A DNA stretch of 29,714 nt from a virus (Duplodnaviria > Caudoviricetes), in IMG/VR virus record IMGVR_UViG_3300032292_000502, positions 1 to 29,714 of that record. One strand, written 5' to 3'. The first letter of the stretch is position 1, and every line of letters begins with the position of its first letter. The notes under the pieces were generated by a model. It had not been told where the DNA came from. It worked only from the letters and a program-made list of their open reading frames with translations, and searched no databases. Below, piece after piece: positions 17,051-25,495 of the stretch. The translations under genes were made by a program, and so were the position numbers.

Positions 17051-18179
17051 TAATAACTTTAAAATAATAATTATCGTCTAAAATTAATGTTTCTCCATTA
17101 ATCAAGGTTTTAACTAAAAATTTATAATATCTTTCTGGTTCTAAGCCGTTCATATAAATCGTAAAATAATTACCTTGGCTATCTGCGCTTATTTTAGTAT
17201 AAGTTGTATCAAAGTCAATTACAAATTCATTTGTATCTAAATCTTTTACAGCATAATAAGATGCTGTTGGTAAATAATAATTTTGAATATAAAATGAACT
17301 AGTTTGGAATGTACGAACTGGGTATTGAGGGCGCACGTCTAATCTAAATTTTTCAATACTATCCTTTTCAAAAAATCCTTTATTATTAGGAAAAGTAGCT
17401 ACTATTTGAGATGAAGTTATAAATGTTAATCCACTAGAACCAGTATTAAATGTATAATCATTCCATCTAAATTCTAACTGTGGAGGGTAAATGGTATGAG
17501 TGTCTACAGAAAATAAAGACATATCTGGTTCTATAGAACCACTTTGGTTATATTCTATACTTGAACTCCATTTTAAAATAACTCCATAATTAGCTATACT
17601 ACTTGAATACCAAGATTTAACTATGTCTGTAATATTTGAATTAATATCTTTAGTAGATCTAGTACTAAATGATTGAGTAACTTCATATTTTAATCCTGAA
17701 GCAGAACCAGTATACCAAACCCCTCCTCCTGGATTTGAAGATTGAAATGAAGCAGTTATATATGCTCCAAACGAAGCTGTAGTCCAACGAGTACCACCAT
17801 TAAATGTAGCCCAAGTCCAACTAGCACCATCTTCTAAAGCCGGAGAATAATCAGATTTGCCTAAACCATTTGTCCAATCTTGGGCCAATGGATATATATA
17901 TAAAATTGTATCTGTGGTAATTCCTTTAGTATTAGCATTAAATACTCTAAGATTTGCTTGCCATTGAGAATTACTAACTGTAGTGTTTAACACATCTGCT
18001 ATTTCAGCTGAGTCAAAAGCTATTAATGTTCTAGCTACTTCAGCGGCTGAGATAAAAATAGGATCTGTATAACTTGTTCTATTATATATTTCTAAAATTG
18101 GGTCTAACCCAGCATTTGTATCCGGGTTTAGAGAATATAATGTAGTGTCTTTGTTTGGGAATATTTTATAGATTGCCAT
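17043..18179 (-). CDS. Structural protein with DNRLRE/CBM96-like beta-sandwich
   Basis: DTTLYSLNPDTNAG...RTLIAFD...ANLRVF...QDWTNG...NYGVILK...PQLEF follows the DNRLRE pattern. Confidence 0.6.
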   Translation of the reverse strand: MAIYKIFPNKDTTLYSLNPDTNAGLDPILEIYNRTSYTDPIFISAAEVARTLIAFDSAEIADVLNTTVSNSQWQANLRVFNANTKGITTDTILYIYPLAQDWTNGLGKSDYSPALEDGASWTWATFNGGTRWTTASFGAYITASFQSSNPGGGVWYTGSASGLKYEVTQSFSTRSTKDINSNITDIVKSWYSSSIANYGVILKWSSSIEYNQSGSIEPDMSLFSVDTHTIYPPQLEFRWNDYTFNTGSSGLTFITSSQIVATFPNNKGFFEKDSIEKFRLDVRPQYPVRTFQTSSFYIQNYYLPTASYYAVKDLDTNEFVIDFDTTYTKISADSQGNYFTIYMNGLEPERYYKFLVKTLINGETLILDDNYYFKVING

Positions 18180-18188
18180 TTTATTTTA

Positions 18189-20045
18189 TTATAATGATAC
18201 TACACGTCCTTGAATATCTGAGTTAGGGTATCTAACTTCAAAAATAGATGGATCTAAAGAAGGATAAATAGTATTGTTATATGTAGCTCCTTTAATATCG
18301 TATCCATATTGAGAATACCCTAAACTTATACCTGTTTTGTTTATTATATCAACATTTTTAACAGTTTGAACACCTTCAATTTTATCTAAAAGAATATAAA
18401 TATCTCTTAAAATAATAGGTTGGTTAATTTGCCATTTATCTATAGCAAAATAATCTCGTAAAGATGCAATACAATTATTTAATACATCTGTACTGCTATA
18501 ATCAGGAAGTATTATAATTTCAAAATTAACTCCTATATTGATTATAAATCCATCTTTAATTCTAATAGAATCACCTATTACTCTATATTGAGATAAATAT
18601 GTTGATAAATTTTGTTTTAATGTACTAGATGCTATATTAAGATTTTTATTAACATTGTATGTTAGTACATATAAATCTAATGTAGAAGGAATTTCACCTA
18701 CTTGAACATTTTCAAGTTTAGTAGGTTCAATATATGCTTTAGCAACCATACCATATTGTGGGGGCATGCTTAATGCTCTAATTAAATAATCGTCTTGGGT
18801 TACTGTTCTTAATTGAGTACTATAATTAGATAATGTGTTTTGCCTTATTTGTTCTAATGTATCTCCGTCTCCACCACCACTAGCAGCTTCTAAATTATTA
18901 ACCGCTAAAGAAGAAAACACAGTATTAGCAGTTGTTTGATTTAAATTATTTTTCAAAAATTGTACAGTACCTGCTAGTTGTGTTAATGTATTAGAAAGAG
19001 CATTAGCAGTAGCACTTCCTCCTGTTAAATATCTAACTGTTAAAGTAGTATTTGATGGTGCAATACCATAAGTATTTGTAAATATAAAGTTTGTAGGACT
19101 ATAAGCAGTTGTTAATTTACTTTGACCATAAGGTAAACCTAAACCAACATTGTCTGAGTTTGGTACTATTTCTTCATCTGAAACAGATGTTGTACCGGCT
19201 CCAAATTGGATTTGTAGTGATCCTGAGTTTACGAATCTTGTAGCAAAACGTCTTTGTACTTTTTCTAGTTTAAGTAAGTATGGAGCATCACCAACATTTT
19301 GAAAATTGTTAGGATCGTTTGGGTTAGTATTTTTTATAGAGGTATAAACAACATCTTGGGCTAAATGATCTACTTCATACCATTTATTTCCTTCACTATC
19401 AGTAACATCTAATATACCTATAATTCTATCAGCATTTATATTTACAGTTGGAAATTGTTGAGGTGTACCAAATGTAAATGTTGTACTATTAATAGTAGCA
19501 GATATAGCCTCTACTTCTTTTCTAAGTAAGTAAAATGTTGGGTTACCAGAGGATATTTGATATACTGTTATTTCTGTAGGGTCTGTAGAACTAGATACAG
19601 TAAAATCTACGTCGTCTTGAGTTAGAAATGGAACCCCATTTACTAATGTAGATGTTACAGTAGCATTTTTGTTAATTTTTAAAGCATAATCAAAATCTGG
19701 GATGTATGTACTTCCACTTAACTTAGAAGGTACTAATTGATAAACCGACAATGGTGTAGTAGCTGCTGCTGTTACTTTAGGTTTATAATTAAACATATAT
19801 GCTAGTTCAAATATGTTATTTAATTGTCTAGCATATTGTAAATAAGTTTCTTGTACTTGATTATCTAAATAAAATGATAAAACATCTCCAACGTACGCAG
19901 CCATTTCCATAACCATCATACCCGGAGAAGCAGGACTAAAGTCACTATATGTGGTTGGAAAATACGTTCTAGTATAGTCTATCAGATTTGTTCTAAATGA
20001 ACTAAAATCTCTATTTAAATATTTTATATCTTTTTTTTCAGCCAT
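18189..20045 (-). CDS. Baseplate wedge subunit (T4 gp6/baseplate J-like)
   Basis: YLNRDFSSFR, EMAAYVGDVLSFYLD, IQFGAG, GGGDGDTLEQIR and RTVTQDDY motifs. Confidence 0.9.
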   Translation of the reverse strand: MAEKKDIKYLNRDFSSFRTNLIDYTRTYFPTTYSDFSPASPGMMVMEMAAYVGDVLSFYLDNQVQETYLQYARQLNNIFELAYMFNYKPKVTAAATTPLSVYQLVPSKLSGSTYIPDFDYALKINKNATVTSTLVNGVPFLTQDDVDFTVSSSTDPTEITVYQISSGNPTFYLLRKEVEAISATINSTTFTFGTPQQFPTVNINADRIIGILDVTDSEGNKWYEVDHLAQDVVYTSIKNTNPNDPNNFQNVGDAPYLLKLEKVQRRFATRFVNSGSLQIQFGAGTTSVSDEEIVPNSDNVGLGLPYGQSKLTTAYSPTNFIFTNTYGIAPSNTTLTVRYLTGGSATANALSNTLTQLAGTVQFLKNNLNQTTANTVFSSLAVNNLEAASGGGDGDTLEQIRQNTLSNYSTQLRTVTQDDYLIRALSMPPQYGMVAKAYIEPTKLENVQVGEIPSTLDLYVLTYNVNKNLNIASSTLKQNLSTYLSQYRVIGDSIRIKDGFIINIGVNFEIIILPDYSSTDVLNNCIASLRDYFAIDKWQINQPIILRDIYILLDKIEGVQTVKNVDIINKTGISLGYSQYGYDIKGATYNNTIYPSLDPSIFEVRYPNSDIQGRVVSL

Positions 20046-20046
20046 T

Positions 20047-20451
20047 TTAGAATGTAATTTCTATTTTATCAGATATAGCAGTGTTGGGAATATTATATGT
20101 TAATTTAACAGTTACAACATTAATATCTGGGAGTGAGTCTACTTGTAAGTCTTCTACTTCTATATTTGTAAAATATAAGTTTATTTTATTTTGAATATCG
20201 TCTCTTAAAAATGATAAATTATCATTAGATATTTGTTCAAATATAAATGCTTTTAAATTAGCACCAAAATTATTATTCAAATAACGTTCGTATTGATTTG
20301 TTAAAAAATAATTCAATAAATTAGACTTAATAGCATCTTTAGTTAGATAAGTTGAATTAAAAACTGCATTTCCATTAAAAGGTAATCCTATACCTACTGC
20401 TACGCTAGGTTTTGTATCTATGGGGTATATTTTTCTAGCATTAAAAGCCAT
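20047..20451 (-). CDS. Baseplate wedge protein gp25/GPW-like
   Basis: AIKSNLLNYFLTNQYERYLNNNFGANLKAFIFE is the gp25 signature; immediately upstream of the gp6-like gene. Confidence 0.88.
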   Translation of the reverse strand: MAFNARKIYPIDTKPSVAVGIGLPFNGNAVFNSTYLTKDAIKSNLLNYFLTNQYERYLNNNFGANLKAFIFEQISNDNLSFLRDDIQNKINLYFTNIEVEDLQVDSLPDINVVTVKLTYNIPNTAISDKIEITF

Positions 20452-20801
20452 TATTTCTTACCTATTAGTCCCATTATTTGATCTAAACCTAATTGTCCAC
20501 CAGGCAATGAACTGCCTTCAGACATTGTATTTACAGGTCCATTAACTTGAAAATCACCAGCAAAGCCCGAAGATGGACCTTGAGCCATTTCACCTAGTAT
20601 ATCCATATATGCCTTTTTAGTATCTATGGCTGGTTTAGGTGCTTGATGTGGTATGTTTTTGGTTGTAAAGTTTAATGTAGTTGATTCGTTAACTGGCATT
20701 TTTGGTGCCTTTACAGCCTCGAGTAAAATGTCCTTCAATTCGTCGTGAATTGCTTCTTTTACTGCTTCTTTAATAAGTTGTTTAAGGATGTCGGTTTTCA
20801 T
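20451..20801 (-). CDS. Hypothetical phage protein with LIKE/LLE leader
   Basis: 116 aa; MKTDILKQLIKEAVKEAIHDELKDILLEAV. Confidence 0.8.
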   Translation of the reverse strand: MKTDILKQLIKEAVKEAIHDELKDILLEAVKAPKMPVNESTTLNFTTKNIPHQAPKPAIDTKKAYMDILGEMAQGPSSGFAGDFQVNGPVNTMSEGSSLPGGQLGLDQIMGLIGKK

Positions 20802-20805
20802 TTGT

Positions 20806-20814
20806 TATAAATAT
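20806..20814 (-). promoter_or_regulatory. ATATTTATA motif, putative phage late promoter
   Basis: Exact motif in the short gap, 4 nt upstream of ATG 20801. Confidence 0.6.
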
Positions 20815-21731
20815 TATATTTTTAAATTATCTCTATCAATTATGAATTTAATTTCTTCTAGAAGTACATTAACTGATGATGCAAATGATGATTCTGTGCG
20901 TAAAACTATAACACCATTTGGGGTTTTTGCTACTGCGTATCGTTTAGGGAATCTTAAATCATTTTTATCATCCAACAATATTTCTAATTTAAATCCTTTA
21001 TAAGTATTGTCTGAGTTTGGGGTAGATGATTGAAGATTTTTAATTATATTATTATCTTCTATATTTATAAGACTATTAATTTCTAAAAGAATATCATTTT
21101 CAGTACCTGGTTGACCACCGGATGTTAGTTGATTATTATTAGTTAATTTTGATAATTCTGTTTCTACACTTTCTCCAGATTTACTAGCTGCTTCTTGAGC
21201 CGCAGCTAATTGCTCAGATGCTTTTTTAGTTGCGTTTTTAGAGGCACAATCTTGTATTAGTGTATCTAATTGTTTTAATTTTTCTACTACTGCTGCTAAA
21301 ATATCTACTATAAGTTCTTTAATTTGTTTAAACATTTCCAGTACTGATTTATATTCTTCTATTTTATTTTTAGCTATAGATAATGAGTCAGCTGCAGTAA
21401 CAATTAATCCTATAGGTACACCCACACCCCCAGCAGCAGAGGGAGCGGGATTTGTTTTTAAAACGGTTACAACAGTATTTTCTACTACAGGTATAGCTAC
21501 TTCTATTGGTTTAATAAGTAAATCAATTTGATTTATTGCTTTTCTAATCTGGTTTATTAATTCTGCTGTTTGATTTCTCTTTTTAATAATTTTAGCTATC
21601 TCGGCATCACTAGGACACCCTGTAACAAATTTACTCAATAATTGGTCAAGAGTTTGAATTATTTTAAATTTTAATCCTACTACTTTTTTTACAATAAGTT
21701 GTGCTACTTTTATTTTAGGATTAACAGCCAT
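20814..21731 (-). CDS. Hypothetical helical protein
   Basis: 305 aa; long amphipathic helices with a Gly/Pro hydrophobic turn (PSAAGGVGVPIG); TAATG-coupled to the gp5-like gene. Confidence 0.75.
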   Translation of the reverse strand: MAVNPKIKVAQLIVKKVVGLKFKIIQTLDQLLSKFVTGCPSDAEIAKIIKKRNQTAELINQIRKAINQIDLLIKPIEVAIPVVENTVVTVLKTNPAPSAAGGVGVPIGLIVTAADSLSIAKNKIEEYKSVLEMFKQIKELIVDILAAVVEKLKQLDTLIQDCASKNATKKASEQLAAAQEAASKSGESVETELSKLTNNNQLTSGGQPGTENDILLEINSLINIEDNNIIKNLQSSTPNSDNTYKGFKLEILLDDKNDLRFPKRYAVAKTPNGVIVLRTESSFASSVNVLLEEIKFIIDRDNLKI

Positions 21732-22996
21732 TATATTAAAAAATTAGTTTTTGATTTTAAATTAATTAATTCACCTTTTAAAGCAGATAAAGTACCAGTC
21801 ATTTCTATTGCGGCTGCATTTATTGGGATGTTGGCAAATGGAGGCAATATTTCTGCTAATGTGGATAGTGCTGTTGATAGTTTAATTAATTGATCACAAA
21901 TTGTATTAAGAGCCTTTACGGTTTCATTTCCTTTTAGCATTGGATTAGTAGTATCTTTATCACCTAATTTAATTACAGAAGCCTTAACTATAAAATCCGT
22001 ATTTGTATCAAAATTAAATCCTTTAATTGAATTAAACCCAATAGTTAATGCTGAGTTGAGTAGTATATGGTCTTTATTTGATGCCAGTAATAAACGATTT
22101 GAATTCATTATTATTTGACTATCAATGTATTGATCTGGTTTGGTTGGAGGTGTTTTATAACTTGTAGTTGAAAATTGAGATAATGTGATTGGAATTTTTT
22201 GATTACTAGTTAACCAAATAGAAGATAAATCTTTATTTATATCTTCAGTTATAGGTAAATATCCCTCTTCAGATACATCTTGGGGCTGACCATTTCTTAT
22301 AATAGTAATAGGATTACCATTGTCTCCATTTGTAGACCAATTATTTAAATTTGATTTAAATGTACTACCTAAACGAATTGAATTACCCCATCTACCTTCT
22401 ACTATATTATCTCCCAAAAATGATGTTAAAGGATGTAAATTAGAATATTCTTTAAATCCTGGGCCTAAATTAATAGGTGACGTTGAGTTTTGAGTCTTAT
22501 TAGTGCTGCCTAAAGAAGTAACTTGATAATTTTTATTTTGAGTATTTTGTAAATCTGTGTTAATAAAGAATGGAACAGCATTATGGTGTTGTGAGCCCCA
22601 CATGTTTATTACACTAAAATAATAATATTGGGGTGATGTTTCACCAGTCATTACCGCAAGACTTGGTAATGATATAATATAAACTGTTTCATTAAATATA
22701 GGCCAATTTTTTGTATTCGAAAATAATGGTTTAGCGTATAAACCACTAGAACCCGGTTGTGAAGTAACAGAATTTATTTGAGTGTTTATGAATTCAATTG
22801 TACCTAATGATTGATATCCTCCTTTTAGATTTTTAAATTTAGGGTGCTGGTTATCCAAAATGATGTCAATTACCCTACCTACTATAATAAGGTTATCTAA
22901 GCCATCACTATTTAGACCTGTAGCGGTAGTTAGTGTGTTTAAATTTTTATTTAAATTAGAATTTAAACCACCAAAACCAAATTTAGGTGTTGCCAT
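21731..22996 (-). CDS. Baseplate hub/spike protein (gp5/gpV-like)
   Basis: N-terminal OB-fold-like GRVIDIIL...PIFNETV; GDNIVEGRWGNSIRLG; beta-strand repeats and IKLG...PMLKG. Confidence 0.65.
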   Translation of the reverse strand: MATPKFGFGGLNSNLNKNLNTLTTATGLNSDGLDNLIIVGRVIDIILDNQHPKFKNLKGGYQSLGTIEFINTQINSVTSQPGSSGLYAKPLFSNTKNWPIFNETVYIISLPSLAVMTGETSPQYYYFSVINMWGSQHHNAVPFFINTDLQNTQNKNYQVTSLGSTNKTQNSTSPINLGPGFKEYSNLHPLTSFLGDNIVEGRWGNSIRLGSTFKSNLNNWSTNGDNGNPITIIRNGQPQDVSEEGYLPITEDINKDLSSIWLTSNQKIPITLSQFSTTSYKTPPTKPDQYIDSQIIMNSNRLLLASNKDHILLNSALTIGFNSIKGFNFDTNTDFIVKASVIKLGDKDTTNPMLKGNETVKALNTICDQLIKLSTALSTLAEILPPFANIPINAAAIEMTGTLSALKGELINLKSKTNFLI

Positions 22997-23333
22997 CTTC
23001 TTTTAGTTTATTTATTTCACCCAATAATTGAGCTTTTTCTTCGTCAGATATAAGTAAACTTCCACCTGCTTCTACAGAAGCGTTATTTGCTACTACACGT
23101 TGAATTATAGTAGCCATTTTAATTAATTGTTCGTCGTTTTTAACTCCTATTTCAAGATATTCTTTAATTAAAGGAACAATTAATGTAGCATCACCAATAT
23201 TTTCAATTAGTGGCTTTAATTCACTGATTAAGGTTGAGATTTGTTTTTCTTTCTTTTTTTGGTTGTCGTATATTTCTTTCAACAAATCTGAAAACTTTTT
23301 ATCACCGAATATATTAGAATCTAATCCGTTCAT
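22983..23333 (-). CDS. Hypothetical phage protein
   Basis: 116 aa helical ORF overlapping the gp5-like start. Confidence 0.8.
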   Translation of the reverse strand: MNGLDSNIFGDKKFSDLLKEIYDNQKKKEKQISTLISELKPLIENIGDATLIVPLIKEYLEIGVKNDEQLIKMATIIQRVVANNASVEAGGSLLISDEEKAQLLGEINKLKEDGNT

Positions 23334-23336
23334 GAT

Positions 23337-23349
23337 GATAAATATTTAT
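23337..23349 (-). promoter_or_regulatory. ATATTTATC variant of the putative late motif, overlapping the palindrome ATAAATATTTAT
   Basis: Intergenic, 3 nt upstream of ATG 23333, at the head of the baseplate module. Confidence 0.45.
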
Positions 23350-23353
23350 ATTA

Positions 23354-24058
23354 TTAAAATTTAATATATCCGTACTCTAAGTAAAAATTATAATTAGTTT
23401 TAAATATATTACTTAGTTTATCTGCTATTTTAGTTATTTTAGGTGTTTTAATATCAATAATTTCACGTATATAAATATATAGTGCTTTTTTATTAAATAT
23501 CGTTAGATGATCACGTTTTCTAAATAATTCAAGAATAGCATCTGCTATTTTAGCATCTTCGTCTTTAGGAAATAAAGTATAAATGTTTGAAGTACAATAT
23601 TCAATATACAAGTCCATAAATAATGCTAATTTATCATTTGCAGATAATTTATCACTAGGTGAGTTGTATTCCTCCATAACATATGATTCTGAGTTATCGT
23701 CATCTAAGATAGATACTGGTATGGAAGTAATTTTCTTTTTATAATTTTTTTCGTTATATAATATTAACCAACGTTTAACAATAGTACCAAAATAAGAATA
23801 GGCTTTAGTTCCTTTAGTATTGTCAAATAAATGAATTTTACTAAGTAAAAACGTAATGATTTCATGTTGTAGATCTTCTATGTTTTCTACTTCAGTATGA
23901 TAAAATTTAAATGTATGAATGATATTTTGAGTAAGTTTAAAAAAAGCATAATGGATACCCTCTTCATAAATTTTACTTCTAACAATAGGATCTTTAGTTT
24001 TGTTATACAAAACAATAGCGTCTTCAGTTTCTTGGGTAAAATAGTTCTTTTTAGCCAT
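23354..24058 (-). CDS. Phage sigma factor, T4 gp55-like (sigma-70 region 2)
   Basis: NYFTQETEDAI...FKLTQNIIHTFKF...EDLQHEIITFLLSKIHLFDNTKGTKAYSYFGTI parallels the gp55/region-2 pattern (ED...FD..K...Y). Confidence 0.72.
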   Translation of the reverse strand: MAKKNYFTQETEDAIVLYNKTKDPIVRSKIYEEGIHYAFFKLTQNIIHTFKFYHTEVENIEDLQHEIITFLLSKIHLFDNTKGTKAYSYFGTIVKRWLILYNEKNYKKKITSIPVSILDDDNSESYVMEEYNSPSDKLSANDKLALFMDLYIEYCTSNIYTLFPKDEDAKIADAILELFRKRDHLTIFNKKALYIYIREIIDIKTPKITKIADKLSNIFKTNYNFYLEYGYIKF

Positions 24059-24330
24059 TATTTTATGGTTTTAAATTTATTTAATTCGTCTTGCAGGTAT
24101 TGAACTTGATTAAAAAACCATCCTATTTCATCATCGCTTTTAAACATTTCTCTAGCATCTATTTCTTTAAGTTTTTTGTCTGAAAACTCAATTGTGCTTG
24201 AAAGGTTAGCAATATAATTTTCGTATGATTTAATCATATCCTCACATTTTTCATTTTTCCTTAATAAGTTATAGCTTGTGTAACTTAACACAAGTACTAA
24301 AACTGTTAAAATAATAATTAATATAATCAT
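24058..24330 (-). CDS. Small membrane-anchored coiled-coil protein
   Basis: N-terminal MIILIIILTVLVLVLSY transmembrane segment; TAATG-coupled to the sigma gene. Confidence 0.75.
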   Translation of the reverse strand: MIILIIILTVLVLVLSYTSYNLLRKNEKCEDMIKSYENYIANLSSTIEFSDKKLKEIDAREMFKSDDEIGWFFNQVQYLQDELNKFKTIK

Positions 24331-24340
24331 AATTTACAAA

Positions 24341-24372
24341 TAAAAAAAGGTTGTAGCTTTTGACCACAACCT
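24341..24372 (-). terminator. Rho-independent terminator
   Basis: AGGTTGTGG-TCAAAAG-CTACAACCT stem-loop followed by a T run, about 20 nt after the HD gene stop. Confidence 0.8.
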
Positions 24373-24391
24373 CTGTTAATTAATTTTTTAA

Positions 24392-25186
24392 TTAGTCGTT
24401 AAAAAAGTCGTCCATCACATTTTTCAAATTAGCACTCTTTATATTTCCAAGTGCTTTTGTTTTGATAGACTGCTTTTTTGCAGTTGTTTCTTTTGACTCT
24501 AATTTAAAATTCTTTTCTTGATTAGGCAAGTTACTTTTAAATTTAGGTAACCATTCATGTTCAAATTCAATTCTAGCAGCCATTAAATCCGCTTGATGAA
24601 CAATATAAATTAAAGAAGTACGTGGTTTAGTCTCTGGCATCCAAGTAAGGAGGTATGGTTTGTTAGCTTCATCGTAAAGTCCGTCATGTAATTTAATTGC
24701 TAACATTTCATTTTTAGAAAATTGAATGCCATGAGACATTAATAAATGTAAACCACGATCTGGGACGGACATATATTCTAAACGGTCGTTAAATTTATAA
24801 TCTTCACCTAGTTTATCTTTGCGCCATTGATCAGTTTGAGGTATATAAGCTTCATTTTGCTCATCTCCCATTTTACCTAAATCATGGTTTAAAGCTGAAA
24901 ATACAAGTTCTTCAAGTGTGTATGTTGAAGTATCTGTTCCATGTTTTTCCCAAACATGATGTAAATCAATAGCACATTCAATAACTCGATTAACATGATC
25001 TACATAACCGCCTGGGAAGGCATTGTGGTATTCTTTTTTATGAGCAGCAGGCATCATCATAATCCTATCCTGATATTTAGAATAAAATTCTAGTAGATTT
25101 TCTTTTCTGGGAGATGAAATATAAGTGTTGATGTAACCTATAAATTTGTCCCAATTTGATTGAATTTGTTCTGCTGTTGTTCTCAT
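24392..25186 (-). CDS. HD-domain phosphohydrolase (YhaM-like)
   Basis: PAA...YHNAFPGGYVDH, NHDLGK, IKLHDG and HQAD motifs. Confidence 0.88.
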   Translation of the reverse strand: MRTTAEQIQSNWDKFIGYINTYISSPRKENLLEFYSKYQDRIMMMPAAHKKEYHNAFPGGYVDHVNRVIECAIDLHHVWEKHGTDTSTYTLEELVFSALNHDLGKMGDEQNEAYIPQTDQWRKDKLGEDYKFNDRLEYMSVPDRGLHLLMSHGIQFSKNEMLAIKLHDGLYDEANKPYLLTWMPETKPRTSLIYIVHQADLMAARIEFEHEWLPKFKSNLPNQEKNFKLESKETTAKKQSIKTKALGNIKSANLKNVMDDFFND

Positions 25187-25187
25187 A

Positions 25188-25379
25188 TTAACCGTTTAAT
25201 TCGTGTCCAATAATAGGTTCGTTGTTGATATACAAACGAATTTGCTCTACATGTTCTCGAATTTGTTCTAGTGTTTCTCTAGCACCATCTCTATCTCCTC
25301 TATTCAGGAATAGATTGTTTTTATTTAAACTAGATTCAATACTGTCTAGTTTTCTAAGGATTGGTTCTCTATGTTTCAT
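25188..25379 (-). CDS. Small hypothetical protein
   Basis: 63 aa; first gene after the host-type promoter; ends 1 nt before the HD gene start. Confidence 0.7.
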   Translation of the reverse strand: MKHREPILRKLDSIESSLNKNNLFLNRGDRDGARETLEQIREHVEQIRLYINNEPIIGHELNG

Positions 25380-25457
25380 ATATATGTTTTTTATGTTTAT
25401 CTCCCTACCCGTTTGTATCTCCTACCTTTCCTCTCTTTCCTTACAAACCCGTAATTC

Positions 25458-25488
25458 CAAATGTACAGACGTCTTTCTCGAAATCAAG
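25458..25488 (-). promoter_or_regulatory. Bacteroidota primary-sigma promoter (-33 CTTG, -7 TACATTTG)
   Basis: CTTG-N19-TACATTTG matches the established TTTG-N19-21-TAnnTTTG consensus; intergenic and correctly oriented. Confidence 0.75.
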
Positions 25489-25495
25489 TTTAAAT

